Source: a virus
Lineage: Duplodnaviria > Caudoviricetes
Virus record (IMG/VR): IMGVR_UViG_3300031519_000171
Span: 1-27,674 of that record
DNA length: 27,674 nucleotides
Reading direction: 5' to 3' (one strand)
In this document: piece by piece, positions 20,047 to 27,276 of the stretch
Position numbering within the stretch: position 1 is the stretch's first letter
Layout: every line of letters starts with the position of its first letter
Notes under the pieces: model-generated
Databases searched by the model: none
Told to the model about the DNA's origin: nothing
What the model saw: the letters and a program-made list of their open reading frames with translations, nothing else
Translations under genes and position numbers: made by a program

Positions 20047-21071
20047 TATAAAAGAGCTTTTGAATTTTTAGCAATCCATTCAGCAATACCAGGAACTTTC
20101 ATAAATGATCTATCTTTCATGATTGCTTCACGTAAGCTATTGATTTGAAATTCAATAGGAAGCCTGATTATCATAGACATTAGAAGGTCTATGTTTGTTC
20201 TTGTAATATGAGCACCTATCATACCAGATGTTGCATAAAGAATGCTTGGCTCTGTAGATATTTCAATTCCTAATGGATCTTTAATAATTTGCTCGATAGT
20301 AGGAAGTCTATCATAGATAGAACAAAATGAAGTAAACTCCATTGCTGGGCCTTCGCCAATTGTACCTGCTATAATAGGGGCTTTGTTTGGTAAAATACTT
20401 GCCCAGCCTTTAATTATTTTAGATAAGAATTCCCACGTACGAGGACAAGGAAATGTTTTATCTGAATGATCGGGATCAAAGCTATGTAATAGCTCTGGTC
20501 TAAAATTAATAAATGATGTAATTCTATAATCTATACTCTCTTTAGCTGCCCAGTTTAACCAGTCTTTAAGATTAGCTTCCATTTCAAAATGAATCATTCT
20601 TGATTGCATAGCTGTAGAAAGCTTAGTAACAATAGCTTTATCTGTAATAAGATTACCTGCACAAATAATAGCAACTTTGTTATGTAATTTGTGTAAACCA
20701 ACTTCTTTATCTAATACTATCTTATAAGCAGCTGCTTGTACAGATTGTGGGGCTGAGTTAAACTCGTCCATTAATAGTAACCAACCACTGTAGCCTGTTG
20801 GGATAGGATCTCCAACTATTGGAAATGTATTCATAGGAACGTAGCTTGCTTTAGATTTGTCTTCGTTAATCATAGGAAACCCGCCTAAGTCAGTTGGGTC
20901 ACATTGAGATAAGCGAAGATCAATTACTTTTAGGTTTTGTTCTTCAGCAATTTGTTTTGCAAGTGATGACTTTCCTAAACCTGGGGAAGAAGTAAGCATT
21001 GGGACAAGCCCTTGCTTTAAAACGTCCATCATTAGCTCAATTGATTGAGAGGGAGTTATTGTTATGGTCAT
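20046..21071 (-). CDS. MoxR-like AAA+ ATPase (N4 gp24-like)
   Basis: SSPGLGKS, DLRLSQ.DPTDL.GFP, MDEFN, AGN, PCPRTWE; TAATG-coupled to the vWA gene. Confidence 0.92.
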   Translation of the reverse strand: MTITITPSQSIELMMDVLKQGLVPMLTSSPGLGKSSLAKQIAEEQNLKVIDLRLSQCDPTDLGGFPMINEDKSKASYVPMNTFPIVGDPIPTGYSGWLLLMDEFNSAPQSVQAAAYKIVLDKEVGLHKLHNKVAIICAGNLITDKAIVTKLSTAMQSRMIHFEMEANLKDWLNWAAKESIDYRITSFINFRPELLHSFDPDHSDKTFPCPRTWEFLSKIIKGWASILPNKAPIIAGTIGEGPAMEFTSFCSIYDRLPTIEQIIKDPLGIEISTEPSILYATSGMIGAHITRTNIDLLMSMIIRLPIEFQINSLREAIMKDRSFMKVPGIAEWIAKNSKALL

Positions 21072-21094
21072 TGTAATTTCCTTTAATGATAAAT

Positions 21095-21212
21095 ATTAAC
21101 AAAACATGATGCAGCAAAGGGATCGAACCTTTCGCCCTGTTAATGACAACAGTTTACAGGTGTCATAAATCACTGTCAGCTCCCCCAAGGAACTGCACCA
21201 AGTTTTGTTAAT
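21095..21212 (-). ncRNA. Non-canonical tRNA-like structured RNA (core 21107-21199)
   Basis: Minus strand: GGUGCAGU/GCUGCAUC acceptor-like stem, T-arm AAAGG-UUCGAUC-CCUUU, CUGUAAA loop, enclosed by an 11-bp perfect inverted repeat. No encoded CCA; D-arm aberrant. Confidence 0.5.
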
Positions 21213-21228
21213 TTGAGTTATTTATAAG

Positions 21229-21245
21229 AATAGCCGTAGGCTATT
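21229..21245 (+). promoter_or_regulatory. vRNAP-type hairpin AATAGCC-GTA-GGCTATT
   Basis: Perfect 7-bp stem with C-GTA-G triloop, essentially intergenic, directly upstream (in - sense) of the tRNA-like element and the AAA gene. Confidence 0.65.
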
Positions 21246-21595
21246 TATTTAATATGGGATCTTTGATATGCTTCCATTTCGTCAGCAATTTCAAGAGAAC
21301 GGTCAATTTGTTTGCTTGGCCCTTCTGCTTGCATACGGTGAGCTGCCCATGTTCTAATAGCATTTGGAGCTTGAGCATCATGTCCAAGTAAAAAGAATAT
21401 TGGTTCATCTTCTTTTACACGAGCAGCATATTTATTCATCATAATAGATGAAGCAATTTGTACACCGGGTATTTCATATCCGTTGTAAGTAAGCTGTTTA
21501 ATAAGACGATCTGCTTCAACATCGCTTTGATACATGTCTACGTCCAACTCGTATAAAAAGTTAGATAAGATTTGTTTAACTGATTTCTGTGCCAT
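21245..21595 (-). CDS. Hypothetical protein with DEPIF.L...D..AP....WA motif
   Basis: 116 aa, AGGAG RBS; the C-terminal half resembles an uncharacterised phage motif I recognise only loosely. Confidence 0.75.
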   Translation of the reverse strand: MAQKSVKQILSNFLYELDVDMYQSDVEADRLIKQLTYNGYEIPGVQIASSIMMNKYAARVKEDEPIFFLLGHDAQAPNAIRTWAAHRMQAEGPSKQIDRSLEIADEMEAYQRSHIK

Positions 21596-21596
21596 A

Positions 21597-21731
21597 TTAT
21601 TTCTCCTCTTTTTCGTTTTCGTTAGATGTAATTTGAAAATTAACGGTTATCCCATTGGGTTCACTATATGTGATTTCCCAATGATGTGTGGGGCATGTAT
21701 CTAACCATGCATTAAACTCTATCTCATCCAT
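21597..21731 (-). CDS. Small hypothetical protein, 44 aa (MDEIEFNAWLDTCPTHHWEI...)
   Basis: Translated by hand; fills the gap between two - strand genes with 1-2 bp spacing; AGGA RBS. Below the ORF-track cutoff. Confidence 0.65.
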   Translation of the reverse strand: MDEIEFNAWLDTCPTHHWEITYSEPNGITVNFQITSNENEKEEK

Positions 21732-21733
21732 AA

Positions 21734-22024
21734 TTACTTCCTAGTTAATATATTAATAATTTTATCTTGTTGTTGATGTAGATTAAGACCTATTAATCCA
21801 TATTCTAATAGATGTAGATAATCTTTTGCATTTAAATAGCGTTCAATAGGAAAAGGATCTGATTCAAAATGATCATTTTCAATATGTTGTTTAACTATAG
21901 ATATATGTCTAACATATTTTTTATACAGCTGTTCTTTTTCGTTGGTTAACATAATATTACGAAAAGAATCTTCAGTCATATCTTTCATAAGTTCATCATC
22001 AAGAAGATTTTTGATTTTGCCCAT
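21734..22024 (-). CDS. Hypothetical protein
   Basis: 96 aa, TAATG-coupled to the upstream phosphoesterase gene. Confidence 0.7.
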   Translation of the reverse strand: MGKIKNLLDDELMKDMTEDSFRNIMLTNEKEQLYKKYVRHISIVKQHIENDHFESDPFPIERYLNAKDYLHLLEYGLIGLNLHQQQDKIINILTRK

Positions 22025-23166
22025 TATTTTAACATATTAGGTGTAACCATATTACGGCCTACCTCTCCATATTCTGTGTGTAACACAATAGATTTCATTG
22101 ATTGCTTTGCTCTCCAGCCGCCGGAGGCTGCGTATTCATCTTTAGGAGCAAGTATGCCATGAGATTCTGTAGTGATACCTGGATGCTCTTTAATATGATC
22201 ATGATGCACATGTCCAGTATGAACAGTTCTGTATTGTGTATCTCCCCACATTTTAGGCCAGTCAGTGGCAATAACAAGAGGGAGTTTATCCATCTTAATT
22301 TTATCGCCGTGATGCGTTGCTACTAAGTTTTTACCAAACTTAAATATATGTATATTTCTTGGAGTTCTGTCAGGAATCACACGAGGCTCATTTTCATAGT
22401 ACATGTAAAACATTTCCATAAAAGCAGCCATAGGACCACGGTCATGATTACCAGTCTCTAATATTAAGCGCACTTCTTTATGTTTTTCTAAAGCAGCTCG
22501 CACAATATATTTAATAGACCTTAGCCCAGCACGAACAACCGCCTGATAACGACTATCAGCATCTAAGACGTTTCCGCTGTGACTTGTAACTGGTTTGTGT
22601 CCTTCAAAATGAAGAAAGTCGCCTAATACAAGAATAGCAGCTTGTTCTGAGCAAGGCGCAGTATCTACTAGATAATCCATAGCACTGCAAAGAAGTTCTT
22701 CGGATATTTTAGTGTCGTAGTTTGCTCCGCCTGTTTCTTCTCCCCAGGCTAACATACCCATATGGTGATCACCGACTGGGTAAAGTGTTAGCAAGTCACT
22801 ATTAGTTTCTGTAGGAGAGACAATAGGCTCAACTCTTGGTATGTCATCTGACATTGCTAAAACAGCTGCTTGCATAGCAAGCTCGCGTTGTTCTCTATCA
22901 CGGGTAGTTTTTACCCATTGAATTTTAGCGTCCCCGGTTGATTTATCATAGAGAGTGGATGTGCCGATAACTGAAAAGCCTTCGGGAGTTATTTGATCCA
23001 TGCCGTGTTTAGGAGAGTACCCTCTGTTGATGGCTTTTTTTACACGAGCTTGTAAAGTAACTTGTTGAATTCCTAAAGCAGCAGAGGCTTTATGATATGT
23101 TCCATACTGAGCGTATGCTTCAACAGCTTCAATTAATAAATCTTCTGATAATGATGGGCGTCCCAT
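22024..23166 (-). CDS. Calcineurin-like metallophosphoesterase with N-terminal HTH
   Basis: Motifs GDHH, LGDFLH, GNHD, HHGD, GHVH; N-terminal YGTYHKASAALGIQQVTLQARV is HTH-like. Confidence 0.85.
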   Translation of the reverse strand: MGRPSLSEDLLIEAVEAYAQYGTYHKASAALGIQQVTLQARVKKAINRGYSPKHGMDQITPEGFSVIGTSTLYDKSTGDAKIQWVKTTRDREQRELAMQAAVLAMSDDIPRVEPIVSPTETNSDLLTLYPVGDHHMGMLAWGEETGGANYDTKISEELLCSAMDYLVDTAPCSEQAAILVLGDFLHFEGHKPVTSHSGNVLDADSRYQAVVRAGLRSIKYIVRAALEKHKEVRLILETGNHDRGPMAAFMEMFYMYYENEPRVIPDRTPRNIHIFKFGKNLVATHHGDKIKMDKLPLVIATDWPKMWGDTQYRTVHTGHVHHDHIKEHPGITTESHGILAPKDEYAASGGWRAKQSMKSIVLHTEYGEVGRNMVTPNMLK

Positions 23167-23459
23167 TAGTCATCTCCATACTCTATTTGAATAAGCAACT
23201 CAATATTATGAATTGCTTTGCGTAGATCTTCTACGCCATTTTTATCTGCATGTCGGCAGATGTATTTAATTACGTTACTTTCACAATAATTAAGTCTATT
23301 TTTCTGCGCGAACTCGATTGGCTGAATTGCCATGCCTTTGTAATGATAACCACCAATTTGTTTATCAAGAGGTTGATCTTTTATTTCTGGGATTTTTTCT
23401 AACCAAGTATCTTTGTTAGATTCGGCTATTGCTTTTGCGAAATCGCTTTTTCTACTCAT
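23166..23459 (-). CDS. DUF3310-like protein (T7 gp1.7-related family)
   Basis: QIGGYHY....IQPIEF...NYCESNVIKYICR...KNGVEDLRKA pattern. Start placed at MSRKSDF (23459), which has an AGGA RBS and overlaps the upstream small ORF. Confidence 0.8.
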   Translation of the reverse strand: MSRKSDFAKAIAESNKDTWLEKIPEIKDQPLDKQIGGYHYKGMAIQPIEFAQKNRLNYCESNVIKYICRHADKNGVEDLRKAIHNIELLIQIEYGDD

Positions 23460-23598
23460 CACTTGATTCCTGTCTTTGGTTAACAGCAGTGTATATAGAG
23501 CGCTCATAGGGCGCATTAATAGGAGGGGTTTGTGGATAAGTCCACTTGATCATTGTTTTTTGTCTTCTAGCTTCGCCGTGTTCGTATAAATCGCTCAT
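23452..23598 (-). CDS. Small hypothetical protein, 48 aa (MSDLYEHGEARRQKTMIKW...)
   Basis: Translated by hand; GGAA upstream of the start; stop overlaps the DUF3310 start. Confidence 0.45.
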   Translation of the reverse strand: MSDLYEHGEARRQKTMIKWTYPQTPPINAPYERSIYTAVNQRQESSDE

Positions 23599-23622
23599 GA
23601 TCGTTCCGTTATTTAATATGTA

Positions 23623-23662
23623 TAATGAGAGGAAACACCTACCAAAATGCTTCCTCTCATTA
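23623..23662 (-). other. Long intergenic stem-loop
   Basis: TAATGAGAGGAA / TTCCTCTCATTA 12-bp perfect inverted repeat, extendable with G-U pairs on the - strand. Confidence 0.6.
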
Positions 23663-23697
23663 CCTTCGTAGGGCTAAAGGAATTAATAAAAAAATCC

Positions 23698-23994
23698 CTA
23701 CGGCTGATTCTTTAACCATCCACAATCTGCATATATTTGGTGCATACATTTAGCTCTTTGGATAGCAATTATAATATTTTGTTTCATACTGTTATTTTTA
23801 CTAATTTCTCTTATATAAACTGTATCAGATTCGTTAGGCTTAAGTCTAATTTCAGCTGAGTTTGGGTGAGTATACCCTCCTAGCTCCAATTCTCCTAATT
23901 CATGAGCTTCATCTATTACTTCCTCAAGAGATCTAGCAGAAAGAGGGTCTAGTATTTCTTTTAATTGTTGGGAAGCTTTTTCCGATGTAATCAT
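23698..23994 (-). CDS. Hypothetical protein
   Basis: 98 aa ORF, co-oriented with neighbours, purine-rich RBS. Confidence 0.7.
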   Translation of the reverse strand: MITSEKASQQLKEILDPLSARSLEEVIDEAHELGELELGGYTHPNSAEIRLKPNESDTVYIREISKNNSMKQNIIIAIQRAKCMHQIYADCGWLKNQP

Positions 23995-24019
23995 AATACT
24001 CTTTCTTTTAATTAAGGGC

Positions 24020-24089
24020 GAGGATTAGGAAATGGGGATAACCTAATCCTCTAAACCTTTGAGATAATGTGTGGGCAAACTCAAAGGTT
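24020..24089. other. Tandem pair of 10-bp stem-loops
   Basis: GAGGATTAGG/CCTAATCCTC (24020-24051) and AACCTTTGAG/CTCAAAGGTT (24054-24089). Confidence 0.6.
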
Positions 24090-24101
24090 ATTTTGTTAAA
24101 G

Positions 24102-24263
24102 TTAATGAATTGCATCACTTGCCGGAGGCAAGCGTCCCGAATCCATTTCATCTATAAAAAACTGTACTCTGCACTCTTCGTTGCAGAAATGTTCTGAAAA
24201 CATACGATAAGTATCTTCGTATATTGGGTCGTATGGTTTATCGCATTGTACGCAATAATTCAA
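24102..24263 (-). CDS. Small Zn-finger protein, 53 aa (CxxC...FCxxxC)
   Basis: Translated by hand: MNYCVQCDKPYDPIYEDTYRMFSEHFCNEECRVQFFIDEMDSGRLPPASDAIH. TTG start overlaps the upstream TGA; GAGG RBS. Confidence 0.6.
   Translation of the reverse strand: MNYCVQCDKPYDPIYEDTYRMFSEHFCNEECRVQFFIDEMDSGRLPPASDAIH
24118..24132 (+). promoter_or_regulatory. vRNAP-type hairpin CTTGCC-GGA-GGCAAG
   Basis: Perfect 6-bp stem with GGA triloop. Confidence 0.62.
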
Positions 24264-24715
24264 ATATCTAGCCTTCTTTTAATAATTGCTTTAACAGATG
24301 TAACACTTCTATTTAAAATATCAGATATTTCATTATGTGAAGTATTACCTTCTAAAAGCAATTCTATTGCAGCAAGCTCTTCTTGAGACCAGCGTTTAGC
24401 AGGAATTTTTTTTGCAAAATTACGTCTAAGTCTTTTTAAATTAAGCTTACTTATTATTTTGTAAGGCTTATGTTTTACTTCTTTAAAAAAAGGATCATAA
24501 TTTTTAGGAGTGTATTTATCAAGCTTAAGGATATGCGCTATTAAATGAGCTGTAGATCCTGATGCGCCTTTTTGAATTATATTTTGTACAAAAGTCTCGC
24601 TAACATTTATATGCTTAGAAAGCTCATGTCTTAAAGTTTGATGGGTCATTTCTGACATGCCCATTGCAAGAATTATTTTATTTGCCGGTAAAACTGTTTC
24701 TCTCATCTTACTCAC
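24260..24715 (-). CDS. Putative DNA-binding protein with C-terminal HTH
   Basis: RWSQEE...GNTSHNEISDILNRSVTSVK is a Myb/HTH-like pattern; basic protein. Confidence 0.7.
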   Translation of the reverse strand: MSKMRETVLPANKIILAMGMSEMTHQTLRHELSKHINVSETFVQNIIQKGASGSTAHLIAHILKLDKYTPKNYDPFFKEVKHKPYKIISKLNLKRLRRNFAKKIPAKRWSQEELAAIELLLEGNTSHNEISDILNRSVTSVKAIIKRRLDI

Positions 24716-24864
24716 CTTTTAAATAATTAGGAGGGAAGGCAGTGCGAAACCTGACCTTCCCCCTGTCCGAAGTCCTTGTAATAAGGGGAGAATACCTCGG
24801 ATGTTGATTAATGACTTAATTATTGAAATAATCAAGCTTTTTTTATATAAATCGACCACAAAAA

Positions 24865-24877
24865 CAGCCGAAGGCTG
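24865..24877 (+). promoter_or_regulatory. vRNAP-type hairpin CAGCC-GAA-GGCTG preceded by an A-run
   Basis: 5-bp stem, GAA triloop, CCACAAAAA 5' of it, similar to the layout of N4 promoter templates. Could alternatively act as a weak - strand terminator. Confidence 0.6.
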
Positions 24878-24951
24878 ATAACATAAGGGCTATAGGTGTA
24901 ATATAGTAAAGGTGGTACGATTTTAAAAAGTTAGTATATCGGTTTAGAAGT

Positions 24952-25000
24952 AAAAAAAAGCACCTTGAAAAGATGCTTTTGCATCTTTCCAAGGAAGCTT
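24952..25000 (-). terminator. Rho-independent terminator after the RNAP II genes
   Basis: Minus strand CCUUG-G-AAAGAUGC-AAAA-GCAUCUUU-U-CAAGG hairpin followed by GC and a U8 run, just after the RNAP2 stop. Confidence 0.75.
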
Positions 25001-25006
25001 AAATGA

Positions 25007-25999
25007 TTAACTTAATGCGTAATCTGCATTAGTTATAGAAGTATGTAAATTGTCAGATAATTTAATATGTTGCAAATCAACATCATCAGTAATTTCTCTT
25101 AAAATATCTCCAAGAAGATCACTTTTAGCAATTTCTGCGAGTATATCAACATAGTTTTGTCTAACTTTATTCATATAGTTAGGAGAAGACCAGAAACTGT
25201 CGTGAATTGTAAGAAGAGCAAAATCTTGTTTATCAGCCCTTCTAACCATTTCTCTCACAACATAACCATCAATGCTATGAATTATATTAGCAGCAAGAGA
25301 CAAGCCTTTAGGAGTAGGTTTGTTTTCATAAGTTCTAAAAGTATAAGTAGCATGGTTTAACTCATCAATTTCAATTTTCATATCGTTTACTTGCATGACA
25401 GGTATTTTTGCTACATGACCATCAGGAAGTGTCCATGTATGGCTTAATGCATTTGGTCTCCAACAATCTTGCATATCTTTCATACATTCCATAGCTCCAG
25501 GTAGTTGTTCTTGAAGTATTTGTTGAAATTTAATTAACTCTTCAGTTCCTTCTCCGAACAGTTCTTCAGGTTGCTTTTTAGATCCATAAAATGTAGTCAT
25601 TACAGGTTTCTTTACATCTGACTTAGAGTAATTAAGACCTGTAACTTTATTAATGCGATCAGCAACTTTAGTATAAACATCTTCTCGTTGACCACTATCA
25701 ATAAGATTTACATTAGAAGCAGTAGTATGACAGCCAATTAAACAAGCCATTATTTGCAGCCCAGACGCTGTAGCATCTAAACCCATGATAAATCCTGTGG
25801 CTACGCCTTTGTCAGCGTCTCTGAGAGCCCTTACAGCTTTTGCGTATAGAATTGGTTCTTCTGCGGATTCTGTTAAATCCTCAAGCACTGTTCTATTACT
25901 GTGAGTCCAATGTATTCTTTCTTGCCAAGTAATTTTGCTAAATCCGTATTGGTTAGCAATATCAATTAGTATATATTCTCTTCCAGTGAATTGTTGCAT
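25007..25999 (-). CDS. RNA polymerase II subunit 2 (N4 gp16-like)
   Basis: IDIANQYG; motif A GLDATASG; motif B KKPVMTTFYGS; ANIIHSIDG; motif C IHDSF. Confidence 0.94.
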   Translation of the reverse strand: MQQFTGREYILIDIANQYGFSKITWQERIHWTHSNRTVLEDLTESAEEPILYAKAVRALRDADKGVATGFIMGLDATASGLQIMACLIGCHTTASNVNLIDSGQREDVYTKVADRINKVTGLNYSKSDVKKPVMTTFYGSKKQPEELFGEGTEELIKFQQILQEQLPGAMECMKDMQDCWRPNALSHTWTLPDGHVAKIPVMQVNDMKIEIDELNHATYTFRTYENKPTPKGLSLAANIIHSIDGYVVREMVRRADKQDFALLTIHDSFWSSPNYMNKVRQNYVDILAEIAKSDLLGDILREITDDVDLQHIKLSDNLHTSITNADYALS

Positions 26000-26013
26000 A
26001 ATATATCTCCTAT

Positions 26014-26340
26014 CTATGCGTTTGATTTAATTTTATCGTAAGCTCCTAATAAACACTCTATTTCCATTTTCTTCATATCTTCACGAAGATCTATTAGAGC
26101 ATTTACTAAGATATTGAAATTTTCGTATTCTAGATCCATAAATGTAAGATAGTCTTCATTATTTAAAGGCAAAACATCGTTTATTAAATCTAATTCAAAT
26201 TGTATGCTTGGCTTGTTAATTGAATTATTAATACCTAAATAAATATTTATAGAATCTTCATCTAAGTTAAGATTACCTGAAACAGATATATCTGGTTGAT
26301 ATGAAGCTTTTTTATTTTTATTTACAACTACCTTAGTCAT
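26014..26340 (-). CDS. Hypothetical acidic protein inserted between the RNAP II subunit genes
   Basis: 108 aa; ATGA overlap with the RNAP1 stop. Confidence 0.7.
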   Translation of the reverse strand: MTKVVVNKNKKASYQPDISVSGNLNLDEDSINIYLGINNSINKPSIQFELDLINDVLPLNNEDYLTFMDLEYENFNILVNALIDLREDMKKMEIECLLGAYDKIKSNA

Positions 26341-27233
26341 TTTATAATCTCTCTTTTAGTTAGATTAATTAATGCTTTTTTGTAGCTAGTAGATTGTATA
26401 TTTACTTCGTGACCTTGGGAATACATTCTGCCACGTTTGTCAAATCTCCAATTTAAATAGAAGGAGTTGCCATAACTAAGTAACTCTTGATAGACTTTTC
26501 TTGAACTTATTATAAGTCTCAAAAAGTTAGACATTTTTTCTGACGTGTCAATGTCTTTCTTTGGCTTTTCTTCTAGTTTTAGGGTAGGTCTATCTAAGCT
26601 TAAAGGTATCTTAGCCATAATGTTTAAAACATCTATAGCTTGATAACCTTCATGATGGTTATTTGCACCAAGAATAACACTTTCATCTTTTGTAAGATAA
26701 CCACTTTGAGAGTTATTGTGTATTAGATCTGGCTCACATATCATTGGAGGTAAATACTTCATTCTATGTATTTTATCTAACGTCTCTTTTTCAAGAATGA
26801 ACTTAGGAATTATCAAAATACTTCCTGTTTCACTATTAGCAGCAGAAACTATGTCATAAATGCCTGCATTTCTGCACACAGCAAGTATTTCACTAGCTGT
26901 TTTTACATTATCAATAACATTCTCAAACTTAAACACATCTCCTAGTCTAGAAGCTATGGATTGTATAGGTTTTTGTCCTGTTTCGCTTAGTACTGCAATA
27001 AACAATTCATTCATTATAGATTGAATTGGTACATTGTTACGGACATGTTGTATTCTAGTTTGCTTACTAGAATAATAAGATCCTGTAAGATAAACTATAA
27101 TGGCTTTGTTTAGACGTCTGTTAATTTCTTTAAAATCAGAGTTGTCTATATCTTCTTGAACAACTTTTTTAATGTTTGTTTTAGAATAGGTATCTTCAAT
27201 ACCTTTTTGCAATTGTTTTGTGAATGTTAGCAT
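26337..27233 (-). CDS. RNA polymerase II subunit 1 (N4 gp15-like)
   Basis: YLPPMICEP, SGYLT, and FDKRGRMYSQG (DxRGR) motifs; AAGGAG RBS. Confidence 0.93.
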   Translation of the reverse strand: MLTFTKQLQKGIEDTYSKTNIKKVVQEDIDNSDFKEINRRLNKAIIVYLTGSYYSSKQTRIQHVRNNVPIQSIMNELFIAVLSETGQKPIQSIASRLGDVFKFENVIDNVKTASEILAVCRNAGIYDIVSAANSETGSILIIPKFILEKETLDKIHRMKYLPPMICEPDLIHNNSQSGYLTKDESVILGANNHHEGYQAIDVLNIMAKIPLSLDRPTLKLEEKPKKDIDTSEKMSNFLRLIISSRKVYQELLSYGNSFYLNWRFDKRGRMYSQGHEVNIQSTSYKKALINLTKREIIK

Positions 27234-27276
27234 AATACTTCTCCTTATTTGCTAATTGATTTGATAAGTATAAGTA

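Noticed and set aside
21107-21199. Canonical functional tRNA-Tyr or tRNA-Sec
   Set aside because: Stunted D-arm, extra sequence before the putative anticodon arm, C-C mismatch closing the loop, no UCA anticodon loop, no CCA; kept only as tRNA-like.
8669-22326. Alternative-frame or antisense ORFs (8669-8860, 8752-9201, 11766-12179, 15231-15422, 16547-16732, 19763-20023, 22095-22277, 22102-22326)
   Set aside because: Almost entirely nested in well-supported genes, with no motifs of their own.
23460-23516. N-terminal extension of the DUF3310 ORF given in the track
   Set aside because: Overlaps a separate small ORF; the downstream ATG at 23459 has a better RBS and coupling.
24740-24760. Hammerhead ribozyme (GAAAC and CTGA close together)
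   Set aside because: No CUGANGA core and no three-way junction.
25157-25360. + strand 67-aa ORF
   Set aside because: Antisense to RNAP2; no independent support.
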